Assembly (NCBI GenBank): GCA_041661765.1 | Contig: JBAZTV010000001.1 | Coordinates: 135,755-199,754, forward strand | DNA from: Candidatus Shapirobacteria bacterium | GTDB lineage: Bacteria; Patescibacteriota; Microgenomatia; UBA12405 | Reading direction: 5' to 3' | Length of the DNA: 64,000 nucleotides | Shown here: positions 39,897 to 50,633 of the stretch, piece after piece | How positions within the stretch are numbered: position 1 is the first letter of the stretch | Layout of the letters: every line of letters begins with the position of its first letter | Notes under the pieces: model-generated | The model's input: only the letters and a program-made list of their open reading frames with translations | What the model was told of the DNA's origin: nothing | Databases searched by the model: none | Translations under genes and position numbers: made by a program

Positions 39897-41826
39897 TCTT
39901 ATCATCAGGTAATGAAACTGTTGATCCCGTCCATTGTTCATCAATTTTATTTTCTAAAATTTTGGTCATAATTCTATTCCAAATTGGCGTCGCCCCGCTC
40001 ACTCCTGAAGCCACCCAACTCATTGGGGTTGCGTTATTATTTCCTACCCAAGTCGCCACCAAATAACTAGGCGTCCACCCAATACACCAATTATCTTTTA
40101 AATTATTTGTCGTTCCGGTTTTTACCGCCACCGTTTTTCCTTCAATTTTTAGTTTTGAATTTAATCCAAAAATAGGCGATCTTGCTTGGTCATCACTCAA
40201 GATACTATCAATTGTTAATACTAAATTAGGATTCACAATTTGTTCCGATTCTTTTTCTTTGGTGTAAATATTTTCTCCCAAATAATTATCAATTTTATAA
40301 ATCGGATTAATTTCAACTTTATCTCCCAAATTAGCAAATATGGTATAGGCCTGAGCCAGCTCTGTCATTTTAACTTCACCGCTTCCCAATGCCAGTGACA
40401 ACCCATATCTGTTTCTGTCTTTCCATGTAGTTATTCCCATTTTTTCGGCTAAATCAATCATATTATTCACTCCATTTTCTGCCAGCAATTTCACCGACGG
40501 CACATTTAAAGATGATGCTAATGCTGTTCTCAATGTCACTTTACCTAAATATTTACCGGTATAATTTTGTGGTGAATATGGTTTTTGTCCCGGCACATAA
40601 TAACTCACCGGACTATCATCAATATAATCTTCTGGATTTTTCCCTTTTTCAAATGCCAATAAATAATTAATTGGTTTTATTGACGATCCTGGCTGCCTTA
40701 ACGAAGTTGTCACGTTCACATTGCCATCAATATCAGTCGCGTCATAATCCTTTGATCCCACCATCGCTAAAATATCGCCATCTTTTACTCCCACTACCAA
40801 CGCTGCTCCGTTTGATATTTTTAAATTTTTCACTTTGTTAACTTCATCTTTAATCACTTTTTCCGCTTCTTTTTGAATATTCAAATCTAAGCTGGTGTAA
40901 ATATTTAACCCCTGTCTTTCCATATTTATATAACCATATTTATTTTCCAATAAATTTTTAATATAAAAAACAAAATGGGGAGCTTCTATTTTTTGTTTAT
41001 TTTTAGCAAACATCAATTTTTCGGCCAATATTTTTTCACCATCTTTTTTGAAAATATATCTAGCCGATATCATTTCTTCAACCACTCTTTTTTGTCGTGA
41101 AATTCCTAATTCTGGATCACTGCCAAAAGGGGAGTAAGAACTTGGAGCTGCCGGCAGTCCCGCTAAAAATGTCATTTCTTCATCCGCCAAATCCCAAACA
41201 TTTTTCCCAAAATATTTTAAAGCCGCTTCTTGGACACCATAAGCTTCACCCCCATAAGACACTTGATTGAAATATCTCTCCAAAATTTCATCCTTAGTCA
41301 ATTTTCTTTCCACCCTCAGAGTCAAAATTGCTTCCTTAATTTTTCTTTTAAAAGATTTTTCATTAGTTAAAAATACATTTTTAACTAATTGTTGGGTAAT
41401 TGTTGAACCACCTCGTAATTTCTCATCATCAGATTTTTTAAAGTTATAAATAAATGCCTTTAAAATTCCCTTCAATGACAATCCGCCGTGTTTATAAAAA
41501 TCTTTATCTTCAATTGATAAAGTTGCTTCAATAAATGTTTTCGGGATTTTATCTAAACTTATCCAAGTTCTATTTTCTTCTTCGTAAAAACTATAAAGCA
41601 GATTTCCATTTCGATCAAAAATTTTAGTTGATAATTTTGGTGGATTATAGATTAAATTTATATCCGGTATTTCTTTATTTAGAAATTGATAGCCGTTATA
41701 AGTAAATATAATTAAAATAATTATTATTAAAAAAAATTTTATTTTTTTCCAAACCCAAAGAGTTAACCTTCCCGTCGCTATCAAAAACTTAATTAATTTT
41801 TCCAGTAAAATCATCTCAATTAACAA
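39862..41826 (-). CDS. Class A penicillin-binding protein (transglycosylase + transpeptidase)
   Basis: EDKDFYKHGGLS, GGSTITQQLVKN, SGSSIKP, SLN, KTGTTNN. Confidence 0.9.
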   Translation of the reverse strand: MLIEMILLEKLIKFLIATGRLTLWVWKKIKFFLIIIILIIFTYNGYQFLNKEIPDINLIYNPPKLSTKIFDRNGNLLYSFYEEENRTWISLDKIPKTFIEATLSIEDKDFYKHGGLSLKGILKAFIYNFKKSDDEKLRGGSTITQQLVKNVFLTNEKSFKRKIKEAILTLRVERKLTKDEILERYFNQVSYGGEAYGVQEAALKYFGKNVWDLADEEMTFLAGLPAAPSSYSPFGSDPELGISRQKRVVEEMISARYIFKKDGEKILAEKLMFAKNKQKIEAPHFVFYIKNLLENKYGYINMERQGLNIYTSLDLNIQKEAEKVIKDEVNKVKNLKISNGAALVVGVKDGDILAMVGSKDYDATDIDGNVNVTTSLRQPGSSIKPINYLLAFEKGKNPEDYIDDSPVSYYVPGQKPYSPQNYTGKYLGKVTLRTALASSLNVPSVKLLAENGVNNMIDLAEKMGITTWKDRNRYGLSLALGSGEVKMTELAQAYTIFANLGDKVEINPIYKIDNYLGENIYTKEKESEQIVNPNLVLTIDSILSDDQARSPIFGLNSKLKIEGKTVAVKTGTTNNLKDNWCIGWTPSYLVATWVGNNNATPMSWVASGVSGATPIWNRIMTKILENKIDEQWTGSTVSLPDDKIIFEENTNTVD

Positions 41827-43999
41827 AGGCAGATGACGTATTAGGACTTGTATCTCCCACTAATGGGCAATCTAAACACACTTTAACCCCACTAACATCG
41901 GTCACCACCATATGATCCTGCCATTCCGCATTTGGTGTCTCTTCATTATCTTTCACGATCCTACCAGTGTCTTTATTAATTAATACATTCATTCTCAAAC
42001 CGGCCGCCGCTGGTAAAAATTTTTTATTAAAATATTCATAATGAGAATCACAACCGCCTTCTGGAACCGCCCCACCAGTTAAATTACAAACATTCATTCC
42101 AATCACATCGGTTGGCATCACTGGTTTTTTAACAGTTTTGTCTTTTAATAATTCAGTCATTATTTTATTCCAAATTGGTGCCGCTCCACTTATTCCCGAA
42201 ACCACTCCGCTCATTTTTGAATTATCATTGTTTCCCACCCAAGTTCCAACCACATAATCGGCTGTGTAGCCATAAGTCCAATTATCCCTCAAATCATTCG
42301 TAGTGCCAGTTTTTACCGCCACCTCTGGGTGGTTTTTAATATTTAAAAGTGATCCTCTACCAAATACCATACTTCTCGCTCCATCATCAGATAAAATATT
42401 TTGAATAATATACGAGGTTTCTCTCGACAACACTCTTTCTCCAATGTTTTCTTGGAATTCTTCCAAAGTTTTTCCATCTTTATCCTCAACTTTTAATATT
42501 GGTATCAAATTTTGTTTAACTCCCATATTAGCTAAAACACCGTAAGCCGTGGCCATATCTGTCATATAAACTTCGCCACCACCTAAAGTTAGTGATAATC
42601 CATAATTTGATGGGTCTTTTAATGTAGTTAATCCCATCGCCGATGCTGATGCAACAAAAGTTTCTACTCCATTTAATTTTAATACTTTTACCGCTCCAAT
42701 ATTTAAAGAATTGGCCAAAGAATTTCTAATTGTTTGTAGCCCATGATAAGCATTTCCATAATTAGTTGGGCAATAGGGCTTTTGATTCTCCAGTCCAAAA
42801 CAAGTTGGGTCATCATCGATTATTGAAGCCGCAGTTATTTTTCCCAACTCTAAGCCAACAGCATAATTTAAAGGTTTAATCGATGATCCTGGCTGCCTTA
42901 ATGCCGTCGCCACATTATATTTACCATCTATATCATTAGAAAAATAATCAATCGATCCAACCATTGCTAAAATCTGTCCAGTTTTTGGTTCAGTTACCAA
43001 AGCCGCACCATTTGTCACATTCGATTTTTTTAATTTTGCCACTTCAGAAGCCACCACTGTTTCTGTTACATTTTGCACATCCAAATCCAGTGTTGTTGTA
43101 ACTTTCAACCCTCCTTCTGTTAATTTTTTCAGACCATATTTTTCCGCCAACTGTTCTTTAACATAAAAAACAAAATGAGGTGCCAAAATTCCAGTTTTAT
43201 CTAAATAATAATTTAATTTTTCTGCTTTGGCTTTTTCCATTTCCTCTTTAGTAACAAAACCGACCTCATTCATTCTTGTCAAAACCATTTCTTGTCTAGT
43301 TTTGGCCATTTCTGGATGACTAAATGGATTATATTTTGTTGGCGATGCTGGTAACCCTGCAATCAATGCTGCTTCAGCCAAATCCAAATCTTTTACATCC
43401 TTATTAAAAATTCCTCTTGCTGCTGCTTGAGCTCCCCACAAAGTTCCACCATATGGTGTCTGATTAAAATACATCTCTAAAATTTGGTCTTTACTATAAA
43501 GAGTTTCTGTTGCCACGGTTAAAATTGCCTCTTTTACTTTTCTTGAAATTGTTCTTTCTTGTGTCAATAAAGCATTTTTAACCAATTGTTGGGTCAAAGT
43601 TGAACCACCCTGTAATCGTTTTTCAACTATAGTTCTATAAAGACCTCTCAAAATTCCTCTAAAATCAAAGCCGTTATGTTTATAAAAATTAACGTCTTCA
43701 ATTGCCAAAGTTGCTTTTTTTAAAGCATCAGGGATCTCTCCAATTTTAACCGGATTTCTTCTTTTATCTGAATAAATTTCAAACAATAATTGACCTTTTC
43801 TGTCTAATATTTGCGAAGATTGAGGATAATTACCGTTACTTAATTGAGTTGGGTTAGGTATTTCCTTAACAATATAAAAAATTATCAATACCAACAACAC
43901 TAATATTAATATCAACACCAAAAGCCATTTCTTAAAAAACTTCCTTTTAATTCCTTTCATTATTTTCCCTATTTTTTTGATTCCAATATTCCAACTCAT
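41816..43999 (-). CDS. Class A penicillin-binding protein (second paralog)
   Basis: EDVNFYKHNGFD, GGSTLTQQLVKN, SGSSIKP, KTGTTND. Confidence 0.9.
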   Translation of the reverse strand: MSWNIGIKKIGKIMKGIKRKFFKKWLLVLILILVLLVLIIFYIVKEIPNPTQLSNGNYPQSSQILDRKGQLLFEIYSDKRRNPVKIGEIPDALKKATLAIEDVNFYKHNGFDFRGILRGLYRTIVEKRLQGGSTLTQQLVKNALLTQERTISRKVKEAILTVATETLYSKDQILEMYFNQTPYGGTLWGAQAAARGIFNKDVKDLDLAEAALIAGLPASPTKYNPFSHPEMAKTRQEMVLTRMNEVGFVTKEEMEKAKAEKLNYYLDKTGILAPHFVFYVKEQLAEKYGLKKLTEGGLKVTTTLDLDVQNVTETVVASEVAKLKKSNVTNGAALVTEPKTGQILAMVGSIDYFSNDIDGKYNVATALRQPGSSIKPLNYAVGLELGKITAASIIDDDPTCFGLENQKPYCPTNYGNAYHGLQTIRNSLANSLNIGAVKVLKLNGVETFVASASAMGLTTLKDPSNYGLSLTLGGGEVYMTDMATAYGVLANMGVKQNLIPILKVEDKDGKTLEEFQENIGERVLSRETSYIIQNILSDDGARSMVFGRGSLLNIKNHPEVAVKTGTTNDLRDNWTYGYTADYVVGTWVGNNDNSKMSGVVSGISGAAPIWNKIMTELLKDKTVKKPVMPTDVIGMNVCNLTGGAVPEGGCDSHYEYFNKKFLPAAAGLRMNVLINKDTGRIVKDNEETPNAEWQDHMVVTDVSGVKVCLDCPLVGDTSPNTSSAFVN

Positions 44000-44570
44000 T
44001 TATAATTTTATTTATTTTTTCACTTTTATAATTGAATGATTTTACTATATCTTCATAAGCTAAACCAGCCTGATCAATTTGCAATTCAATTCTAAAAAAA
44101 TCAATATCTCTTTTATTTTCTTCAAAAAGATATTTTTTAGCCTCCATTAAACTATAAATTGAATTATATAAAGTTTCTGAGATTAATTGTTCACTCTTTT
44201 TATTATCAATTAATTCAACTGTTTCAAACATCCTTTTATCTGCCATAAGCAAATACACTTCAGCTTTTTCCTTTGGTGTTCGACTCAGTAAAATCCACAG
44301 TTCATCCCGAAATTTCTTTAATGAATATCTTATGTCTCCCGGTTCAATATTACTTTCAGGAACTTGATAAGTTTTTAAAATTTTTTCTCCTGTTTCAATT
44401 TCTTTTACATATTCAATCGGAATATTTTTCAAATTATTCGATCTCATATCGCTCATCATTTTTTCAAAACCAGCCGATACTAAAGACCAAAATAAAATTA
44501 TTAAACTGATTACAATTAAAAAAAATCGACCAAACCATTCTAAAAATTTTTCTTTTGGCCAGGAAATCAT
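43947..44570 (-). CDS. Hypothetical membrane-anchored protein
   Basis: ORF track. Confidence 0.35.
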   Translation of the reverse strand: MISWPKEKFLEWFGRFFLIVISLIILFWSLVSAGFEKMMSDMRSNNLKNIPIEYVKEIETGEKILKTYQVPESNIEPGDIRYSLKKFRDELWILLSRTPKEKAEVYLLMADKRMFETVELIDNKKSEQLISETLYNSIYSLMEAKKYLFEENKRDIDFFRIELQIDQAGLAYEDIVKSFNYKSEKINKIINELEYWNQKNRENNERN

Positions 44571-44585
44571 TCCCTATTTTACCAT

Positions 44586-45359
44586 TCAATGGTGAAAGAA
44601 AGCTTCATGCAATCCAACTTTCTCATTTTTTATTTTTTTTCTCATATATAAAAATTGTGGCCAAAACACCATCCAATTTATCACTCCATCTAATCTTAAC
44701 AAAGTTTCCCTTTTCAAGGGAGATGTCTTGCGAAGCGAGACAGTGGGTTTCAAACTATAACCAGTAGCAACGTATTTTTTTGCCCAACCATTAGCCAAAA
44801 TAAATTTTTCATAAGTTTTTTTTCTATTTATCAACGGTTTCATTAATATTAAATCAACCGCATTTTTTAAATTTTGTTTTTCTTTCTTAAGCCCTAACGA
44901 TTCTTCGTCTAACCATAAATTAAAACAGAATTCATCAGCTTTCTCTCTCTCCCCAAATTTACGGTGGGGTATTTTATTCGTCTTAATAAAAAATCTCAAT
45001 TTCAACCTAGTAACCCACAATTTACTTATTTTCGTAATGATTATCAAATCAATATCATTATTTTTTTTTGGATATCCGGCTGCCACTGATCCTGTTATTC
45101 CCAAAAATAAAATATCTTTAAAATTTTTAGAAATTTTCTTAGTCAACCCTTTCGCCTTTTTCTCCTTTATTAAAGCCTCCCTGCCTGCCTGCCTCTGGAG
45201 GGTCAAGGGGAGAGGGGTTTGTTCTATTATTTTTACAAACTCTTCCTTTTTATAAACCCGATTTCCAATCAATCTTTCAAATAATTGTTTTTCATTTAAT
45301 TGGCCACCATGTTTTTGGGCATATTTAATTGTTTTCTGAATCGATTCAAAAGTATCCAT
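44586..45359 (-). CDS. Hypothetical protein with nucleotidyltransferase-like motif; two in-frame palindromic elements
   Basis: LGITGSVAAGYPKKNNDIDLIII (GS..D.D); elements at 44704-44750 and 45176-45221 read in frame. Confidence 0.45.
   Translation of the reverse strand: MDTFESIQKTIKYAQKHGGQLNEKQLFERLIGNRVYKKEEFVKIIEQTPLPLTLQRQAGREALIKEKKAKGLTKKISKNFKDILFLGITGSVAAGYPKKNNDIDLIIITKISKLWVTRLKLRFFIKTNKIPHRKFGEREKADEFCFNLWLDEESLGLKKEKQNLKNAVDLILMKPLINRKKTYEKFILANGWAKKYVATGYSLKPTVSLRKTSPLKRETLLRLDGVINWMVFWPQFLYMRKKIKNEKVGLHEAFFHH
44704..44750. repeat. Bipartite palindromic element copy (in-frame in ORF 44586..45359)
   Basis: TTTCCC-TTTTCAA-GGGAGA-TGTCTTGCGAAGCGAGACA-GTGGGTTTC. Confidence 0.65.
45176..45221. 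repeat. Bipartite palindromic element copy with internal (CTGC)3 (in-frame in ORF 44586..45359)
   Basis: CCTCCCTGCCTGCCTGCCTCTGGAGGG-TCAA-GGGGAGAGGGGTTTG. Confidence 0.6.
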
Positions 45360-45411
45360 TTCCCTATTTTATCTCAAATATTCCTCACTCTTGATATAAT
45401 CAATTACTAAA

Positions 45412-46920
45412 ATGATTAATAAAAATACTAAAATCTATCGTCTTTGGGAAATGATTCCTGGTTTTTTTGCCTGGATGACTATTCTTTTTCCAATTTGGGG
45501 AGCTTTTGTTTTTCCTAAAATTGTTGCTTATTTTGTTATTGCCTTTCTTGTTTATTGGCTTTATCAATCATTCAAGTCTGCTATTTTAGCCATCATTGGT
45601 TATTTCAAAATCCAAACTGCCAAAGCTACCAATTGGCAAGAAAAATTTCAGTCAGATTTTAAATCTGATTGGCTCAAAAGAAATGATATTCATCATGTCA
45701 TTGTAATTTCTTCCTACAAAGAACCAAACGAAGTCATTGATATGGCCATTGGCAGTTTAGCCGCTCAGATTAATATTAATTTAAAAAAAATTCATGTAAT
45801 TCTTGGTCAAGAGGAACGAGCCGGCAAAGAAAATAACCAGGCTACTATCGATTATTTTTCTAAAAAATATAAAAATGTCTTTGGCAACTTAATGTTTACC
45901 GAACATCCAAGCAATCTTCCAGGCGAAATTGCCGGCAAACACACCAATGAATCTTGGGCCGCCAAATATTTCAAAAAACATTTTATCGATACTGGTAAGT
46001 TCAAAATGGAAAATTTAACCCTAACTAGTTGTGATGTTGATACTATCTTTAATACACAATATTTTTCTGCCTTAACTTATCATTTTGCTTCCAATCCAAA
46101 CCGTTATTATCGTTTTTGGCAGTCACCAATTTTTTGGCATAATAATATAAACCAAGTTCCTGCCCCTATCAGAATTATCGGTATTATGGGCAATGTTATT
46201 CATATTGCCAATATCCAAGAGCCAGATGGTTTATTTTTTAATTATTCTTGCTATTCCTCATCATATAAATTAATTGATTCAGCCGACTATTGGGATCCCG
46301 ACATGATCCCTGAAGATTGGCATATCTTTTTAGAAACTTTCTTTGCTAGCGGTGGTAAAACTGCAGTTGAACCAATTTTTTTACCAACCGTTGTCGATGC
46401 TCCAGGTGGTGAAAATTATGTTTCTGCCCTTAAAAATCGTTACAATCAATGTGTTCGTCATGCTTGGGGTGCCACTGACATTCCCTATGCCATCGAACAA
46501 GCCAGAATCCATACAGAAATCCCTTTTATTACCCGAGCTCTAAGAATTTTTAAATTAATTCAAACTCATTTAATTTGGTCCAGTAATTGGTTTATCCTAA
46601 CTCTCGGTACTTCACTTCCAGTTATTCTCAACCCTAAATTTTTTCAAACTGCCGTCGGTTACAATCTTCCCAAAATTTCCAATATTATTCTCACTATTTG
46701 TTTGTTGCCCATGTTTGTTCTAATAATTTTAGACTGGAAATTACGCCCCACCCATCAAAAAAAAGGTTTCAAAAATATTATCAAAAATATACTCCAATGG
46801 CCATTTATGCCTTTAGCCACTCTAACCATGTCGGTTCTTCCTGGACTTCATTCCCACACCCGACTTCTTTTCGGCAAAAGATTAGAATATAAAACCACCA
46901 GCAAAAAGCATACAAAATAA
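45412..46920 (+). CDS. Family 2 glycosyltransferase, membrane-embedded (CesA/processive synthase-like)
   Basis: N- and C-terminal TM clusters around cytoplasmic domain with VIVISSYKEP, SCDVD (DxD), QCVRHAWG (QxxRW-like). Confidence 0.6.
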   Translation: MINKNTKIYRLWEMIPGFFAWMTILFPIWGAFVFPKIVAYFVIAFLVYWLYQSFKSAILAIIGYFKIQTAKATNWQEKFQSDFKSDWLKRNDIHHVIVISSYKEPNEVIDMAIGSLAAQININLKKIHVILGQEERAGKENNQATIDYFSKKYKNVFGNLMFTEHPSNLPGEIAGKHTNESWAAKYFKKHFIDTGKFKMENLTLTSCDVDTIFNTQYFSALTYHFASNPNRYYRFWQSPIFWHNNINQVPAPIRIIGIMGNVIHIANIQEPDGLFFNYSCYSSSYKLIDSADYWDPDMIPEDWHIFLETFFASGGKTAVEPIFLPTVVDAPGGENYVSALKNRYNQCVRHAWGATDIPYAIEQARIHTEIPFITRALRIFKLIQTHLIWSSNWFILTLGTSLPVILNPKFFQTAVGYNLPKISNIILTICLLPMFVLIILDWKLRPTHQKKGFKNIIKNILQWPFMPLATLTMSVLPGLHSHTRLLFGKRLEYKTTSKKHTK

Positions 46921-46935
46921 GGTATTATTTATATA

Positions 46936-48393
46936 ATGTATAAAACTTTAGTTAAATTAAAATATTGGATCGTACTTTTTTTAATTTTTTTTATATTAAG
47001 AGTTCCGTCTCTCTTTGAACCATATTGGTATGGCGATGAAGGTATTTATTTAGTCTTAGGTCAGGCCATCAGAAAAGGAGTTGCTCTTTATAGTCATATC
47101 CACGACAATAAACCTCCAACCCTTTATTATTTAGCTGCTTTTGCTCAAACCGTTTTTGGTTTCAGACTTCTTCTTTTGTTTTTTATGGCTTCCACTATTT
47201 ATTTTTTTCATCGTCTTAGTCAATTTTTTCTTTCCCCCAAAGGTTCCAAAATTGCTACTTTTATTTTTTTAATTTTAACCTCAATCCCTTTATTTGAAGG
47301 TAATATTGCCAATGCTGAAATCTTCATGCTTTTACCAACAATTATTGGTGTTTTGTTTTTAGTTAAACCAAAGCCAAAGTTTCAAAATCTTATTTTTTCA
47401 GGATTATTTTTAGGTATTGCTTTCACTATTAAAATTCCAGTTATTATTGAGTTTACATTCCTTTGTTTATGGCTTTTAATCGACAATCTAGATTCATTTC
47501 AAAAAACTTCCCTTAAAATAAAAAATATTTTTATATTTGGGATCGCCTTTTTTCTACCAATCACTTTTTGGGCAGTCTATTATTATTTACAAGGCGCTTT
47601 TGTTCCATTTTTAAATGCTAGTCTTTTTCAAAATTTTGGATATCTTTCCTCTTGGTCCACTGGTACTCAAACATCTTCTGTTTCTAGTGGTGGTGTAATT
47701 ACTAGATTTCTAGTCTTATTAATTTTTTGGACTTTAATTTTCTTACTTAAAAATAGAGAAATAATTTCCAAAAAATTTTCTTTTTTACTCTTTTGGTTTT
47801 CAGCAACTATTTTTGGTTCTCTCTTATCCGGACGACCTTATCCTCATTATTTAATTCAAGTTTTACCACCATTAACCCTAATCATTATTGAATTATTAAA
47901 TTTCAAAGAAAGAAAAAATCAAATTTTATCTGCTTGTTCTTTTTTCATTTTTGTTTTTATTTTTTTTAAATTTCAATTTTATCTTTATCCTGTTTTTAGT
48001 TATTATTCCAATTTTTATAGTCATATTATTGGCATCAAACCTACTACTGACTATCGAAATTATTTTGGTTCTCAAATCAACGACGTTTATGAAATTTCTG
48101 ATTTTATCAAAATCAACACTAGTCCTACTGATAAGATTTTTATTTGGGGCGATCAACCTTATATCTATGCCCTATCCGATCGTTTACCATCATCGAAATA
48201 TACAGTTTCTTATCACATAATTGATTTTAATGGCTACCAATCAACCATGGATAAAATTGAGGCTAATATGCCTAAATTTATTGTCTATTATCAAATGACA
48301 GGTCGATCTTTTCACGATCTTGATAATTTTATTAACAATTATTATTTTGTCGTCAAAATTATTGGCGATGCCACTATTTTTAAAGTAAGATAA
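46936..48393 (+). CDS. GT-C glycosyltransferase, ArnT/PMT_2-like membrane protein
   Basis: YWYGDEGIYLVLGQAI...HDNKPPTLYYL signature; ~11 TM. Confidence 0.6.
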   Translation: MYKTLVKLKYWIVLFLIFFILRVPSLFEPYWYGDEGIYLVLGQAIRKGVALYSHIHDNKPPTLYYLAAFAQTVFGFRLLLLFFMASTIYFFHRLSQFFLSPKGSKIATFIFLILTSIPLFEGNIANAEIFMLLPTIIGVLFLVKPKPKFQNLIFSGLFLGIAFTIKIPVIIEFTFLCLWLLIDNLDSFQKTSLKIKNIFIFGIAFFLPITFWAVYYYLQGAFVPFLNASLFQNFGYLSSWSTGTQTSSVSSGGVITRFLVLLIFWTLIFLLKNREIISKKFSFLLFWFSATIFGSLLSGRPYPHYLIQVLPPLTLIIIELLNFKERKNQILSACSFFIFVFIFFKFQFYLYPVFSYYSNFYSHIIGIKPTTDYRNYFGSQINDVYEISDFIKINTSPTDKIFIWGDQPYIYALSDRLPSSKYTVSYHIIDFNGYQSTMDKIEANMPKFIVYYQMTGRSFHDLDNFINNYYFVVKIIGDATIFKVR

Positions 48394-48397
48394 TTTT

Positions 48398-48778
48398 ATG
48401 CCTTTTTTTAACTCACTATTTTCTCAGGTTTCACTTTTGGGTAACTTTTGGCAGGAAAAAATTAACAGTCAATTTTTAAGATGGAATTTATTTTTAATTA
48501 TTTTTCAAATAGTCATTCTTTTTTTTAAATTTAACAATTTACCTCAACAAGTTCCCTTATATTATTCTCTCCCTTGGGGAGAGGAGCAATTAGCTTCTAC
48601 AACCTCTCTCTTTCTTTTGCCAACTTTTTCCATTATTATCCTTCTTATCAATAATTTAATTGCCACTTTTTTCTTTAAAAGTATCCCTCTTTTTTCTCGT
48701 CTTTTAGTATTTTTTTCTCTAGTTTTTTCTCTTCTGGCTGCTATCTCTCTCACTAGAATTATTCTTTTGATTTCTTAA
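48398..48778 (+). CDS. Hypothetical small membrane protein
   Basis: ORF track; 3 TM. Confidence 0.35.
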   Translation: MPFFNSLFSQVSLLGNFWQEKINSQFLRWNLFLIIFQIVILFFKFNNLPQQVPLYYSLPWGEEQLASTTSLFLLPTFSIIILLINNLIATFFFKSIPLFSRLLVFFSLVFSLLAAISLTRIILLIS

Positions 48779-48779
48779 T

Positions 48780-49838
48780 ATGTCAATTTCTTTTTTATTG
48801 GCTATTGTAATTTCTACAGGTATTTCTTTTTTTTTCACTCCATTGGTTAGAAATTTTTTTATTAAGAAGAACTGGATTGAAAATCCAAGAGAAAAACAAA
48901 AAAAAACTCACAACGCTACCGCAGTTTCTTCCGTTCCTCGGGGCGGGGGAGTTCCCATTTTTATTGCTGTTTTGATCACCTCAATTATTTTTCTTCCTCT
49001 CGATAAACATTTAATTGGAATTATTTTAGCCAGCCTAATTACTCTTATTGTCGGATTATTCGATGATATTAAAGATATTAGCCCTAAAATAAGATTTTTG
49101 TTTAATATCATTGTTGCTCTGATTATTGTCGCCTCTGGTATTGGTATCGCTTTTATTTCCAATCCCATCACTGGCGGTATCATTGATCTCTCATTTTTAA
49201 AAATAAATTTTAATTTTTTTGGCCCCCACAGTATTTGGGTTATTTCTGATCTTTTAGCGATTTTTTGGATTATTTGGTGTATGAATATTGTTGGTTGGGC
49301 CACTGGTGTTGATGGACAACTTCCTGGTTTTGTTGCTATTTCTGCTTTTTTTATCGGTCTTTTAGCTATTCGTTATTCTACTGATATTACTCAATGGTCA
49401 GTCATAATTCTTGCCGGTGCTGTTTGTGGCTCCTACTTAGGTTTTTTACCTTTTAATTTTTTTCCTCAATCAATCATGCCCGGTTACAGTGGTAAAAGCC
49501 TTGCGGGTTTTCTATTAGCAGTTCTTGCGATTCTTTCTGGAGCCAAACTAGCTACTCTAATTTTTCTTCTTTTTATTCCCATGCTTGACGCTATCTACAC
49601 TATTCTTCGCAGAATCATTAATAAAAAACCTATTTATATTGGTGATGGTAAACATTTCCATCACCAACTTCTTAAAATTGGTTGGTCGCGTCGTTCCATT
49701 GCTATCTTCTACTGGTTTATCAGCTTAATACTTGGAATTATTTCTTTATACTTAAACAGTCAACAAAAGCTATATTTCTTTTTAGCCTGTTCTTTTCTAA
49801 TATTTGGAATTTTCATTAATTTTTCAAAGCGTAAGTAG
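48780..49838 (+). CDS. Glycosyltransferase family 4 polyprenyl-phosphate sugar-1-phosphate transferase (MraY/WecA-like)
   Basis: FDDIKDISP (DDxxD), multi-TM, LDAIYTILRRI. Confidence 0.8.
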   Translation: MSISFLLAIVISTGISFFFTPLVRNFFIKKNWIENPREKQKKTHNATAVSSVPRGGGVPIFIAVLITSIIFLPLDKHLIGIILASLITLIVGLFDDIKDISPKIRFLFNIIVALIIVASGIGIAFISNPITGGIIDLSFLKINFNFFGPHSIWVISDLLAIFWIIWCMNIVGWATGVDGQLPGFVAISAFFIGLLAIRYSTDITQWSVIILAGAVCGSYLGFLPFNFFPQSIMPGYSGKSLAGFLLAVLAILSGAKLATLIFLLFIPMLDAIYTILRRIINKKPIYIGDGKHFHHQLLKIGWSRRSIAIFYWFISLILGIISLYLNSQQKLYFFLACSFLIFGIFINFSKRK

Positions 49839-50619
49839 TCGAAATCCATCCACTTTTACTACTTCCTAAATCAATTTTATACCAATCTGTTTCTTCGTCT
49901 AATAAAACATAACTCACACCCGGTTTAACTTTTATTATTTCTTTACTTGAACTAGAATTAGATTCTCTTACTTTTAACCATCCGGTCTCAGTTTCTTTTA
50001 TAGTTACTTTTTGACCTTGATCTACATTTAAGCCACTACTTGTTGCCTCTATTGGTGCTTCAATTATTTTACTAATATCATTTTTTTCTTCCGCTAATTG
50101 CGCATTAACTACTAATTGATATCCAGTAATTGCTTTCATAAAAACATTCACATCTTTATATCCTGGAAAAGATATTACTAATTGTCTATCGCCTTCACTT
50201 AATTCATTTACTTTAATTGGTGAAATTCCTTTAACCTCCCCGTCAATTTTTATAGTTGTTTTATCTGGATTTGTGTTGACCAACAAAGATGCCTTTTTAC
50301 CTCCTGTCTTTTCCAAATACAAAATATAACCACTATCTCCACCAGAGTCATCACCTAACTGCCAATCTATCACCGTGTTTATATTATTTTGCAACTCTAT
50401 CGTCTTTTTCCACTCTCTTACTCCAGTTACTAATTTAACCTCATTATCGCCAGGTTTCAAATCCAAATTTTTATATGGAGTCGATCCCATCTCTTTATTA
50501 TTAATAAAAACTTTAGCTGTTGGATAACTCATTATTTCTAACCCTGATTTTTTCGGACTTAAACTACAGCCACCCAACAAAGATGAAGCCAAAACCAATA
50601 TTAAAAATTTCTTTAGCAT
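49816..50619 (-). CDS. Lipoprotein with PEGA-like and SH3b-like domains
   Basis: Lipobox LLGGC; KVFINNKEMGSTPY PEGA-like; C-terminal GWLKV/GWIST. Confidence 0.45.
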   Translation of the reverse strand: MLKKFLILVLASSLLGGCSLSPKKSGLEIMSYPTAKVFINNKEMGSTPYKNLDLKPGDNEVKLVTGVREWKKTIELQNNINTVIDWQLGDDSGGDSGYILYLEKTGGKKASLLVNTNPDKTTIKIDGEVKGISPIKVNELSEGDRQLVISFPGYKDVNVFMKAITGYQLVVNAQLAEEKNDISKIIEAPIEATSSGLNVDQGQKVTIKETETGWLKVRESNSSSSKEIIKVKPGVSYVLLDEETDWYKIDLGSSKSGWISTTYALKN

Positions 50620-50633
50620 TATCTACTAGTTTA

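Noticed and set aside
48548-48580. Possible degenerate palindromic element TCTCTCCCTTGGGGAGAGGAG inside ORF 48398..48778
   Set aside because: Only the first hairpin is recognisable, with no second hairpin or GGAGGGTTT tail; too weak to count as a family member.
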